From Candidatus Woykebacteria bacterium (GTDB lineage: Bacteria; Patescibacteriota; Microgenomatia; Woykebacterales; RBG-16-39-9b): 64,000 bases of DNA. Location: NCBI GenBank assembly GCA_040876345.1, contig JBBDPM010000006.1:264547-328546 (forward strand). Reading direction: 5' to 3'. This document shows, in pieces, positions 40,501-49,192 of this stretch (position 1 is the first letter of the stretch; each line of letters starts with the position of its first letter). The notes under the pieces were generated by a model, which did not search any database, was not told the DNA's origin, and saw only the letters and a list, made by a program, of their open reading frames with translations. A program made the translations under genes and the position numbers.

Positions 40501-42733
40501 CGCTAATAACAATGGGGTTGTTTACACTAACGGTTCTGGGGTGCTAGCTCAAACAGCTACTGGTGGGGCGGGAACGCTTTGTCTAACATCTGCTAGTGGT
40601 GCCGCGCCGCTTTGGAGTGCTTGCTCTGGTTCGGCCGCTACAGCCTGGTCCTCATTAACAGCCCCTAGTGGAAGCCTCTCAATTGCTCATGCGGCTAATA
40701 CAACCAGCTTCACATTCAATTCTGTAACCAGTGGAACAGCCTGGACCCAAAGCTCTACTTCTTTAACCACCGGGATACTTAACCAAGAATCCTTCACTTC
40801 AGCACTTGCTGCAACCGGAACTACTACTGGTTTAAGAATTAGCCCTACAATCGCGGGTACTGCTGCAGCTAACACTTACACTATCAACGCTCTAGACCTA
40901 GCTGCTATAGCGGGGTCTTGTCCAGCCACTGCTACCTGCCGAAACAACGCCATGAACATTGGATCTTACGCCATCGCCGATGCTGACCAAACTTCAGTTG
41001 CCATAAATATCGCGGATCAATACAACGCCACGGGCACCCACTACGGGATCTGTTTTGATTGTGATGGGACTTATAGTAATGCGCAGGCAGCAAATGGTAT
41101 CAACTGGGGTAATGATGCCAATAGTGTCGATCTTTATCGATCTGATTTAAATACTTTGAAAACTGATGACACCTTTGAAGCTAGTCCAATACTAACAGAC
41201 ACCTCTGGAGTGAAATGGGGAGGTATATTAAATGCTGATATACGACCCACAGCTGATTCCTCCGGGACATTTAGTGGCGTCATAGGTCAAGCTCAAATAT
41301 TGATTGGTACAACAGTTGATTTAACCGCAGATGTGTCCGGGGTGAAAGGTTCCATAAGACCTGTGTTTAGCACCACGAGTGGATCGGTAACTTGGGCTAA
41401 GGGAGTGGCCGGCGTTTTTGACGGTGCGGCCAATGTGAGCATAAACTTCACCAATTTTGCAAACTTTCACGCAAAGGATCCTACACTTGGAGGCGCTACA
41501 ATTACTAATAGCTACGGTCTTTATCTCGAGCCTCAAACTCAAGCTACGAATAATTACGGCATTTGTTTTGATTGTGACGGTACTTTCGGTACTCAAACAG
41601 TCGGTACAGGAATCCGCTGGGGTACAGATGCTACCACTGCAAATAATGTTCAGCTTTACCGAAGTGCTGATGGAACTGCCCTACTTGAGCTTGGCGACGG
41701 AACTGATTTAATTTCAGCAGCCGCAGCTACTTTCTCGCTCAATTTGGACAACACCACCTCAAGGACAGAACGGCTTTGTCACGGTGGCGGAGACGCCGGA
41801 ACCGGAATTGCCGCCATATCGGATTGCTCAGGAACCCCAGGAGATTACGCTGAAGAGTATGGTACTGCTGATTCTTCCATCGAAGCTGGTGATTTAGTTG
41901 CGGTCGATTCTAACCGCCAGGCTCAAGGTGTAGTTAATGACGGTCAACTAGGTTCAAAAGCTTGGGTGTTGAAGTCGAAAGAATCCTACGAGCCAAGCTT
42001 AATCGGAGTTGTTTCCACAAATCCAAATGAAGTGATTGGTAAGAATTTTAACTCAAGTGAAAATCCGAGGCCAGTAGCTTTAAATGGTAGAGTTCCTCTT
42101 AAAGTTTCTTCTGGGAACGGCTCTATCGCTCCAGGCGACCCATTAACAAGTTCGTCTACCCCAGGAGTGGCTATGAAAGCCACAAAGAGCGGGGCGATTG
42201 TTGGAAAAGCCTTACAGTCCTACGATGGATCCGGTGTTGGTAAGATAATTGCCTTTGTCTCTGTGGGGTGGTATGTAGAACCAATACAGACAAATGGCGA
42301 GGGGCAAGTAACAAGTTTAGAGGGCTCACTTATTAACTCACTAACTATCAACTCGATACAAATTGGTGAGAACAAACTAGGTTTGGACAACCAAGGAGAC
42401 CTGCGATTAGATGGAAACTTAGTGGTGGCTGGGGATATTAATATTAGTGGAGATCTTGCCTTAACCGGTGATTTAGTTGCTTCAAGCGTTAAGACAGATG
42501 AACTCAAGATAAGCGATAAGACCTCGGGATCTGGAGAGATACTGGCTGGCAAATCCTTTGTCGCTATAGAAAATGTGAAATTAACCAAAGACTCAAAAGT
42601 TGTAACAACCTTTACTTCTGATTGGGCAGGGGCAACACGCTACTGGATTACTAAAGAAGATGGGAAGTTTGAGGTTCACACGGACCAATCCGTAACCTCT
42701 AATGCTAGCTTTGATTGGATCATAATAAATTAA
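37541..42733 (+). CDS. Giant membrane-anchored surface protein (1730 aa): cytoplasmic MerR-like HTH N-domain, single TM, huge ectodomain, conserved C-terminal module
   Basis: N-terminal LPYSEIITLAKKVGVDFGKGYPYNRLRYYTKIGLLPRAQRK...SWVVDKLVDVDRKLKSGATIQAI matches the MerR-family HTH plus wing. TM is LAYSTLLLIILGASLVSAYFW. The C-terminal module (PVALNGRVPLKVSSGNGSIAPGDPLTSSSTPGVAMKATKSGAIVGKALQSYDGSGVGKIIAFVSVGW ... ENKLGLDNQGDLRLDGNLVVAGD) is shared with the 1172-aa protein. Confidence 0.8.
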   Translation: MTNLPGNFIILGRVSRDGKAYLPWETKFQSLPMEPTKLEGQTLLPYSEIITLAKKVGVDFGKGYPYNRLRYYTKIGLLPRAQRKSFGASPEGCYPSWVVDKLVDVDRKLKSGATIQAILREESDPKTNPVTNLEPITLTPAYGVYPNLLAQSEIDHRSSIVDSRTSNIDHPTSWFPFLGKTLAYSTLLLIILGASLVSAYFWPPTHQGLRNIAANLGTKDSISRDGKDISRSANLLSDKVGSVLGRATSPFLKINVETEMDKLLSANGGIVTNGADVNLGDGQLTASNVIYDIVAGENVTVGTGQTPTISVPDITAGIGSVSGTAGRITSTGGDNPAINIASNYAGQTSINTLGTITTGNWNGSVISDAFINNNLTISSSGSVAWSALNSYPASCGAGEFVRAVGDALTCVAESGGVPTTRTLTAGAGLSGGGDLSADRTFDVGAGNGITVNANDVEVNANAADFEFVAGVLNIAAGAIEDDEVDDDITISSSGSVDWSALTGYPADCSAGSALTGFNDANPDTFDCDADFVESNVAETITGGWVFNTNPTTFDTDATFNAGIIASALSGAAGTALCIDGTDNIVTCNAGSSSATLQSAYDAGNSITTADADGSILFNLADTAADQDFIVDILGTGNTFEVRDNNSPILSVADGGTVGITGTLDVSGHGAFGGGGSVLSSRILNVSETFTTGGARGLVVNPTFNPSALTTVRSFDNTPTFGPTGASTITMVGDYVKSTVGGSNTGAGTSLYNSYIDSPTIGGTTVVNNYGLYMADQSGATNNYALYQTGTSATNILNANTRIGSTTIPAATLDIAGTLLADSDVTLSHSGTENLEIISTSSTDMINLAIYAHASALAGAKTGILISNAGGGFPEGLDIGLNVTNVNGLDMPDGILIDSSSGTYTDAIDVSDSDIVNALNVGSNVILGTTPTIDFTNFDVSSGGQLTFTGVSTDITTGANEDLTLSPNGTGDIILSTDGDTSAILSSFANNNGVVYTNGSGVLAQTATGGAGTLCLTSASGAAPLWSACSGSAATAWSSLTAPSGSLSIAHAANTTSFTFNSVTSGTAWTQSSTSLTTGILNQESFTSALAATGTTTGLRISPTIAGTAAANTYTINALDLAAIAGSCPATATCRNNAMNIGSYAIADADQTSVAINIADQYNATGTHYGICFDCDGTYSNAQAANGINWGNDANSVDLYRSDLNTLKTDDTFEASPILTDTSGVKWGGILNADIRPTADSSGTFSGVIGQAQILIGTTVDLTADVSGVKGSIRPVFSTTSGSVTWAKGVAGVFDGAANVSINFTNFANFHAKDPTLGGATITNSYGLYLEPQTQATNNYGICFDCDGTFGTQTVGTGIRWGTDATTANNVQLYRSADGTALLELGDGTDLISAAAATFSLNLDNTTSRTERLCHGGGDAGTGIAAISDCSGTPGDYAEEYGTADSSIEAGDLVAVDSNRQAQGVVNDGQLGSKAWVLKSKESYEPSLIGVVSTNPNEVIGKNFNSSENPRPVALNGRVPLKVSSGNGSIAPGDPLTSSSTPGVAMKATKSGAIVGKALQSYDGSGVGKIIAFVSVGWYVEPIQTNGEGQVTSLEGSLINSLTINSIQIGENKLGLDNQGDLRLDGNLVVAGDINISGDLALTGDLVASSVKTDELKISDKTSGSGEILAGKSFVAIENVKLTKDSKVVTTFTSDWAGATRYWITKEDGKFEVHTDQSVTSNASFDWIIIN

Positions 42734-42786
42734 TTTCTCGTAACAATTGACAGTCTTGTGGATTTTTAATAAACTTCTAAAGTCAG

Positions 42787-44979
42787 ATGAGAGAACAATA
42801 TTCTAGAATCATTAGTCAAATAATAAACTTTGGAATAATCGCTATAATTTTTATCGTTCCTCTTCTTTTTATTCCCCTACCCCAAAACGCGAATGACGCG
42901 AGAGTTTTTACTGAGTTTAACAAGGGTTTGCTTTTTATTTTTGGATCTCTGGCCCTTTTTAGTCTCTGGACCTTTAAGATGGTTCTGGAAAAAAAAGTAA
43001 CGATAATTCGCACCCCAATCGACATACCCCTGATAGCATTTCTTTTGATTTACGCCCTTTCTACAATCTTCAGTATCGATCCTTTTGTGTCGGTTGCTGG
43101 CTATTACGGCATTTTTCACCCCTCGCTACTTGGTGTTTTTGCCCTTGTCTTATTTTACTTTACAGCAGTCTCCAATTTAAACCGGAGAACTAGAGCTTTG
43201 GCTCTTTGGTCTATGGTAGCTTCAATTGTACTGCTATCAATTATAAATATTTTTAATTTCTTTGGGCTACACACGATCCCCTACAAAATCGCCCAAACCC
43301 GCGATTGGATACCAATTTTGAGCCTGGGAACTTTATCCTTCATTAATGCCTTGGTAATACCAGTGAGCGTTGGGCTCGCGCTTTCCAGTAAAATTTTGTG
43401 GCAGAGGGTTTTAGGCTTTGGCTTTGCGATAATCCTTCTTATCCCTATTCTAATAATTAATGTACTCGGCGCCTGGTTAGCACTAATTGCCGCCCTTGCC
43501 ACCTTTCTTATATTCGCCCCTAACGTTCTTCAAGACAAGGAAACCCGTCTACATATTTTAATTGCTTCTGGTATTGCTATCATATTAGCGATAATATTTT
43601 TAACTCCCGCCCTTTCTGATAACATAGTTAAACCTTTAATAAATGGGGAGAACAAATCTAAAAACTTACAAGCGGAGCCCGCACTTTCCTTAGACAGCGG
43701 CTGGAAAATAGCTGCAAATGCAGCTAGCAAAAGGCCTTTTCTTGGCTCTGGCCCAGCAACATTTCCTTTTGTTTTTACCCGCTACTCGCCTCTCTCTCTA
43801 AACCAAACCCAAAATTGGAATGTTCGCTTTGAGCAAGCTTCAAACGAATATATTAATCTAATCTCGACAGTAGGTTTCGCGGGGCTTGCTCTTTTCTTAA
43901 TTATTTTATTCTTAATATTACGTCCACTTTTTCAATTTGTTTCGAAAAGTTCAACGATAAGGGAAAATCCCCTGCTTCTATTACTTCTATCTTCCCTCTC
44001 GGGATTTGTAGTTGGGAGTTTATTTTTCGACACGAGCCTAATAATAGGTATATTTCTAATGCTTCTTGCGGTGTCAATATTCGGAGCTCTCTTTGATTTT
44101 GGTGCTAAAGGGGTAGAAAAAATCAACTTAAAGCTCGTATCCCTAAATTCAGGTGCCATAAAAACTTTTTCTGATGAAAAGGAAGGAACCAACAATACAC
44201 TTGGTTTTGCCCTTTTAATACCTTCGACAGTTGTCATGGCACTATTAGCATATTTTGGTACCCAAGCTTATCGCGCCGAGGTTTTTTATCAAAAAGCTCT
44301 TCAAAAAGCCTCTGAAAATAAGGGGCTTGAGACTCGGGATCTTTTGGAAAAAGCAACTAATACTTTTCCCCACCGAGATATTTATCACCGAACTTTATCT
44401 ATAGTAGACCTTAAACTTGCTGTTAATCTAAGTTCTCAAGAAGCGAATGAGCAAAACAAAAAAAACTTAGAAACATTATTATCCCAAGCTGTTTCCGAAG
44501 GTAAAATAGCAAGCGGATATCAAACGCCTCGTACTTGGGGTACAAGCAGTGAAAACGTGGTTAACTGGGAGTCTTTATCCACAGTTTATACGAGTCTTGT
44601 CGGTTCAGTAAAAGGTGCGGATGATAATACTATTCGAACCTATTCCATGGCTATAGAAAAATTCCCCAGAAATCCTCTATTTTATGAAGCTTTAGCAGGT
44701 GTGTACTTAAAAATAAATCAAACCGAAAATGCGATCAGGGCTGCCGAAAGGGCCGTAACTCTAAAACCCGATCTTGCCTCCCCCCATTATACACTGGCTC
44801 AAGCTTACAGAAAAAAAGAGGACCGCGGGCAAGACGCTGCAATCCAACTACAAGTTGCCTTAAACTTATTACCCGAAGGTTCTGATAAAGATAGAGTAAA
44901 ATCCGAACTTGAAGAACTAAAAAAGGGCCTGAAAACCAAACCATCTGAAACAACCTCTTCAGCGAAACCAAATCCTTGA
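42787..44979 (+). CDS. O-antigen ligase/polymerase-like (Wzy_C) integral membrane protein with C-terminal TPR repeats; possible pilin/surface glycosyltransferase
   Basis: At least 10 TM helices with a Wzy_C-like core. The C-terminal soluble region holds TPR-like repeats (YEALAGVYLKINQTENAIRAAERAVTLKPDLASPHYTLAQAY). Confidence 0.7.
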   Translation: MREQYSRIISQIINFGIIAIIFIVPLLFIPLPQNANDARVFTEFNKGLLFIFGSLALFSLWTFKMVLEKKVTIIRTPIDIPLIAFLLIYALSTIFSIDPFVSVAGYYGIFHPSLLGVFALVLFYFTAVSNLNRRTRALALWSMVASIVLLSIINIFNFFGLHTIPYKIAQTRDWIPILSLGTLSFINALVIPVSVGLALSSKILWQRVLGFGFAIILLIPILIINVLGAWLALIAALATFLIFAPNVLQDKETRLHILIASGIAIILAIIFLTPALSDNIVKPLINGENKSKNLQAEPALSLDSGWKIAANAASKRPFLGSGPATFPFVFTRYSPLSLNQTQNWNVRFEQASNEYINLISTVGFAGLALFLIILFLILRPLFQFVSKSSTIRENPLLLLLLSSLSGFVVGSLFFDTSLIIGIFLMLLAVSIFGALFDFGAKGVEKINLKLVSLNSGAIKTFSDEKEGTNNTLGFALLIPSTVVMALLAYFGTQAYRAEVFYQKALQKASENKGLETRDLLEKATNTFPHRDIYHRTLSIVDLKLAVNLSSQEANEQNKKNLETLLSQAVSEGKIASGYQTPRTWGTSSENVVNWESLSTVYTSLVGSVKGADDNTIRTYSMAIEKFPRNPLFYEALAGVYLKINQTENAIRAAERAVTLKPDLASPHYTLAQAYRKKEDRGQDAAIQLQVALNLLPEGSDKDRVKSELEELKKGLKTKPSETTSSAKPNP

Positions 44980-45015
44980 GTGAAAGCTCACACTGTGCTA
45001 AAATTGCTCATCTAA

Positions 45016-45092
45016 GGGCCTGTGGCGCAATTGGTTAGCGCGCCTCCATGGCATGGAGGAGGTTAGGGGTTCGAGTCCCCTCAGGTCCACCA
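45016..45092 (+). tRNA. tRNA-Ala (anticodon GGC), CCA encoded
   Basis: Cloverleaf: acceptor GGGCCTG/CAGGTCC with the G3:U70 Ala identity pair. D-arm GCGC..GCGC. Anticodon stem CCTCC/GGAGG with loop ATGGCAT (GGC). T-arm AGGGG-TTCGAGT-CCCCT. 3' ACCA. Confidence 0.85.
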
Positions 45093-45169
45093 TGGGCCTG
45101 TTTGATTCTTACGAATCCTGTGCTCTTAAAGAGCTGATGCTCAGTTGGCTAGACCTGCCTGCCGCTAAA

Positions 45170-45243
45170 GGGCTCGTAGTTCAATGGTAGAACAGGGCAT
45201 TCGCATTGCCCAGATCCGAGTTCGATTCTCGGTGGGTCCACCA
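45170..45243 (+). tRNA. tRNA-Ala (anticodon CGC), CCA encoded; acceptor stem with three G:U pairs
   Basis: Acceptor GGGCTCG/TGGGTCC (G3:U70 present). D-stem GTTC/GAAC. Anticodon stem GGGCA/TGCCC with loop TTCGCAT (CGC). T-arm CCGAG-TTCGATT-CTCGG. ACCA. Confidence 0.7.
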
Positions 45244-45248
45244 CATAT

Positions 45249-46268
45249 TTAAGCCAATTTAATCAACTCATCCTTAAGTTCTTCTAAACCCTCACCCGTA
45301 ACTGATGATATTGATATTACTTCTATATTGTACTTTTTAAATTGATCTATTTTGTTCTTTAAATCCTCAGCAATTAGTATATCAATCTTATTCATAACAA
45401 TTATTACTGGTTTATCATTTAGGCTACCAGTCTTTACTGATAATTTTTTTGAGTACTCGGAAAGCTCGTTTTTAATTACAGTGATATCTGCAAAAGGATC
45501 CTGACTTTCAGCTGATACCAGGTGGACTAAGGCTCTAGTTCTCTCAACATGCCTAAGAAACTGATCCCCTAGCCCCTTACCTTTACTAGCTCCTTCAATT
45601 AACCCTGGAATGTCGGCAATTACTAACTCCTTACCCTTATGGTGCATCACCCCTAGATTAGGCTCAAGTGTCGTAAAGGGGTAAGGCGAGATTTTGGGTT
45701 TTGCGGATGTTAGTTTTGAAAGAAGTGTTGATTTCCCAGAGCTTGGAAGTCCAACTAGACCGATATCGGCTAAAAGCTTCAACTCCAAAGTTACAAGTAC
45801 CTGTTCCCCAGGAGAGCCTTTTTCAGCGTGTTTTAGGGCTTCGTAATTGATCTTTCCATTAAAATCTTTGGGTATATCAGATCTTTTTAGATGAGAGTTG
45901 CCTCTACCCCCTTTACCTCCAAGAGCTAAAAGCTCTTTCTGTTCATTCTTTACCATATCAATGATAGTGGAACCCGAATCATCATTAACTAAAGTTCCAA
46001 CCGGTACTTCCAATACTAAATCTTCCCCTTTTGCCCCTTGCTTATCCGATTTCCCCCCATCAACCCCATCTTGGGCATCAAAATCTTTCTTATACCGATA
46101 AGGTAGCAGGGTTGAAAGGTTCCTAGTTGCTTTTATGAATAAGTTACCACCGTCTCCACCATTTCCCCCCTCCGGCGGGCCGTAGGCTTTACCCTTCAAC
46201 CTTCTAAATGAGACGTGTCCATCACCACCATCGCCCGCCCTAATGCGAATTTTTACATAGTCGATCAT
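45249..46268 (-). CDS. obg: GTPase Obg/CgtA
   Basis: Gly-rich Obg fold (MIDYVKIRIRAGDGGDGHVSFRRLKGKAYGPPEGGNGGDGG) and G1 motif GLVGLPSSGKSTLLS. Confidence 0.9.
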   Translation of the reverse strand: MIDYVKIRIRAGDGGDGHVSFRRLKGKAYGPPEGGNGGDGGNLFIKATRNLSTLLPYRYKKDFDAQDGVDGGKSDKQGAKGEDLVLEVPVGTLVNDDSGSTIIDMVKNEQKELLALGGKGGRGNSHLKRSDIPKDFNGKINYEALKHAEKGSPGEQVLVTLELKLLADIGLVGLPSSGKSTLLSKLTSAKPKISPYPFTTLEPNLGVMHHKGKELVIADIPGLIEGASKGKGLGDQFLRHVERTRALVHLVSAESQDPFADITVIKNELSEYSKKLSVKTGSLNDKPVIIVMNKIDILIAEDLKNKIDQFKKYNIEVISISSVTGEGLEELKDELIKLA

Positions 46269-46319
46269 AAATCAACCATATGTTACAAGAAAAGTGAGTA
46301 AAGTTGAAGTCTTAATATC

Positions 46320-47255
46320 TTAAAAGACTGAAAGTGGGTTGATGGAAGATCCGTTTCTTCTCACTTCAAAGTGTAAATGGGCTCCCGTACAAAGACCGGT
46401 GCAGCCGACAGCACCAATTATTTGCCCCCGCTTAACAGACTGCCCTACATTTACTTTAATATCGGAAAGGTGGGCGTATGATGTCACGTAACCGTTGCCG
46501 TGATCAATGAATATATGCCAACCAAAACCGTACCATTGTCTAGTTGCGGTAACTACGCGTCCTGTGCCAACAGCATAGACTCCATCACCGTAAGATGCAC
46601 CGATATCTACTGCCGGATGCCACCAACTCGGGTATTGATTAATTACATGGACGCTGGTTGGCCACCCGAACAACCCACTACCAGAAGCAGCGTAATAGAC
46701 TGGTGCTTGACTATTGGTGGAGCCGGCGACCGGTACTCTCAAAGGAGCTGGTTTTTCACCTCCTGGAACAAAAAGCGTTGTACCCACCTGAAGTGCTAGC
46801 GAACTATCAATATAATTGAACGGGAAATCAGCAATTGCCTGAGCAGCCGCCTTATACCTTTTGGCAACGCTTGTAATTGTTTCCCCCTTCTTAACTTTGT
46901 GAACAACTCCGCTAACCGGTGGGATATTGACAACGTCCCCCGGCTTTGTACTATCTGCATCTGAAAGATCGTTTGCCCATTTTATGCTATCTATTGACAC
47001 ACCAAATTTTTCCGCAAGTTGTGAGAGTGTGTCTCCCTTGACGATTGTGTATTCGATAACGCTAGACCTTGGCCTATCCTGAGGAATTATCGTCTCAGGG
47101 TTGCTATTTACAGTTAAAGCCGCCTCCGTCAGTGTTAAATCCTGGGCTGCAAGATCACTTTTGCTAAAAAGTCCGCTTGCCACCACAGCTATCACTATTA
47201 AAGCCACTACTCCTCCATGAACAAACGGGCGGAAAAGTAGTCCTCTTCGCCACAT
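46320..47255 (-). CDS. LysM-domain M23 (LytM-type) peptidoglycan endopeptidase
   Basis: N-terminal TM MWRRGLLFRPFVHGGVVALIVIAVV. Two LysM domains (YTIVKGDTLSQLAEKFGVSIDSI; HKVKKGETITSVAKRY). M23 HxH motif (GAHLHFEVRRNG). The ORF track extends to 47570; the Met at 47255 that precedes the TM anchor is the likelier start. Confidence 0.8.
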   Translation of the reverse strand: MWRRGLLFRPFVHGGVVALIVIAVVASGLFSKSDLAAQDLTLTEAALTVNSNPETIIPQDRPRSSVIEYTIVKGDTLSQLAEKFGVSIDSIKWANDLSDADSTKPGDVVNIPPVSGVVHKVKKGETITSVAKRYKAAAQAIADFPFNYIDSSLALQVGTTLFVPGGEKPAPLRVPVAGSTNSQAPVYYAASGSGLFGWPTSVHVINQYPSWWHPAVDIGASYGDGVYAVGTGRVVTATRQWYGFGWHIFIDHGNGYVTSYAHLSDIKVNVGQSVKRGQIIGAVGCTGLCTGAHLHFEVRRNGSSINPLSVF

Positions 47256-47712
47256 CAAAGCACCTACTACTTTATCCTTAATAGACTCAAAGAGGACCGT
47301 AGAATCGATTAGTTTTATTTTAACGAACGCTACATAGATAATGAGAAATTTAATAAAGTCAAAAACAAGCATAAATGTACTTGTAATTATGGACAACAAT
47401 AACTTTGTTAAATTTTTAATTGAAGTACTAAGATCAGTTTGTAGGAATCTTAGACTGAGAGAATATTTTAGGCCACTCTCTCCAACTTGGTATGGAGTGT
47501 ATTCGAATATATTTGAGGTTTCTGTATAAAAGAGATCTTCCCTGCTGTCTTGTGACGATGGCTCTTCCATCGAAAAACCCGCTTCAATAAGAAAAAGTGT
47601 CCTTCCGAATACTCACTCTTATCTAACGGGACCCTCCGTAAACAAACTGTTACTAATATAATAACACAACCAAACAACCCACTCTACTTACCCATTCGTA
47701 TTAATTCGGGTA

Positions 47713-49023
47713 TCACACTTCTTTGTGCAAAGTTTCCAAGAAATCTTCGTTACTTGCTGTCTTTGAAAGCCTCTCAATAAGAAGCTCGGTTCGCTCCAGG
47801 TCACCCAAGGCTTCAAGCATGCGCCTGAGCCTCCATACTTTTTGAAGCTCGCCTTCTTTGAATAAATACTCTTCATTTCTGGTGCCCGACATGCTCACGT
47901 CTATACTTGGGAATATTCTTCTTTCTGAAAGACTTCGGTTTAGATGGAGCTCCATATTACCCGTGCCTTTGAACTCTTCGTAAATTAAATCATCCATGCG
48001 GCTACCTGTATCTACAAGAGCGGTCGCAATAATTGTAAGCGAGCCCCCGCCTTCAAAGTTTCTGGCAGCTCCAAAGAATTTTTTTGGCGGATACAAAGCC
48101 ACTGGGTCAAAACCCCCACTTAAGGTTCTGCCTGAAGGGGGAAGAGCCAGGTTATAGGCACGGCCAAGCCTTGTTATTGAATCAAGGAGAATAACAACAT
48201 CTTTTCCAGTCTCAACTAGTCTTTTGGCTCTATCTAAGCTAATTTCGGCCACTTTTATCTGACTCTCCGGTGGTTCATCAAAGTTGGAGGAAACTACTTC
48301 ACCCTTAACGCCTCGGCGAATATCAGTCACCTCTTCTGGTCGCTCTCCTATTAAAACAGCCATCAGATGAACATCTTTATGATTAGTAGATATTCCGTTT
48401 GCAATATCTTTTAAAATTGTGGTTTTGCCGGCCTTCGGGGGTGAAACAACCATTCCTCTTTGCCCAAAACCAATTGGAGATAAAATATCGATCATCCGAG
48501 TTGATAGTGGGGTTTTACCTGTTTCCAATTTTAATTTTTTGTCTGGGTAAATAGCGGTAAGATTTTCAAAGCGGGGTCGGGCCGTTGCTTTATCAGGATC
48601 CAAGCTGTTAACCTTCTCTACTTTGAGCATACCGTAATAGCGCTCAGTATCTTTCGGTGGTCTTATCTCACCCTCTACCTCATCTCCAGCTCGGATATCG
48701 AAGCGGCGGATTTGACTCTGCGAAATATAAATATCACCTTGCCCGGGGATCATACCACTGGCCCGCAAGAAACCGTAGCCGTCTGGCATAACCTCTAATA
48801 CTCCTTTTCCTCTACCTGTTGGTCCAGCATTAGTATCTTCGTAGGTTGGTACTTCCTCTTTTTGAGGAGGCTCGGAGACGGTTGTGTAATCTAGAACTTG
48901 GGGCTTAACACTAGTTTCCTTCGAAGCAGAAGTTTTTCTCTCATTTAGAGAAGCTTCTTCTTTAGGTTCGGTTTTTTCACTAACCAGATCTTTTGGTTCA
49001 ATTTTAGTAGATTTACTTGGCAT
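47713..49023 (-). CDS. rho: Transcription termination factor Rho (low-complexity N-terminal extension)
   Basis: CSD-like RNA-binding [16 protein letters not shown]. Walker [22 protein letters not shown]. The N-terminal ~80 aa are K/E/S/T/P-rich in place of the canonical Rho_N domain. Confidence 0.9.
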   Translation of the reverse strand: MPSKSTKIEPKDLVSEKTEPKEEASLNERKTSASKETSVKPQVLDYTTVSEPPQKEEVPTYEDTNAGPTGRGKGVLEVMPDGYGFLRASGMIPGQGDIYISQSQIRRFDIRAGDEVEGEIRPPKDTERYYGMLKVEKVNSLDPDKATARPRFENLTAIYPDKKLKLETGKTPLSTRMIDILSPIGFGQRGMVVSPPKAGKTTILKDIANGISTNHKDVHLMAVLIGERPEEVTDIRRGVKGEVVSSNFDEPPESQIKVAEISLDRAKRLVETGKDVVILLDSITRLGRAYNLALPPSGRTLSGGFDPVALYPPKKFFGAARNFEGGGSLTIIATALVDTGSRMDDLIYEEFKGTGNMELHLNRSLSERRIFPSIDVSMSGTRNEEYLFKEGELQKVWRLRRMLEALGDLERTELLIERLSKTASNEDFLETLHKEV

Positions 49024-49192
49024 AATAAACTTTTGGCTTTTGCACGTTTAGGGAAACTTAATGAGAGGCCAATTCGCCCAAATTAAAACATAGTCTACAT
49101 TACTTGTCAAGGGCTTTAGCTAGGTACTTAAGATGGCCAGACTAAGATGTAAGAGCACTAGTGTAACCAGGGCTTTGAAGTTACGAAGCGTC

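Noticed and set aside
38094-42588. Numerous 60-120-aa minus-strand ORFs within the 1730-aa giant gene (similarly 22903-25239 within the 1172-aa gene)
   Set aside because: Shadow ORFs of a repetitive, compositionally biased gene. The single long plus-strand frame with signal/TM and conserved C-terminal module is the real gene.
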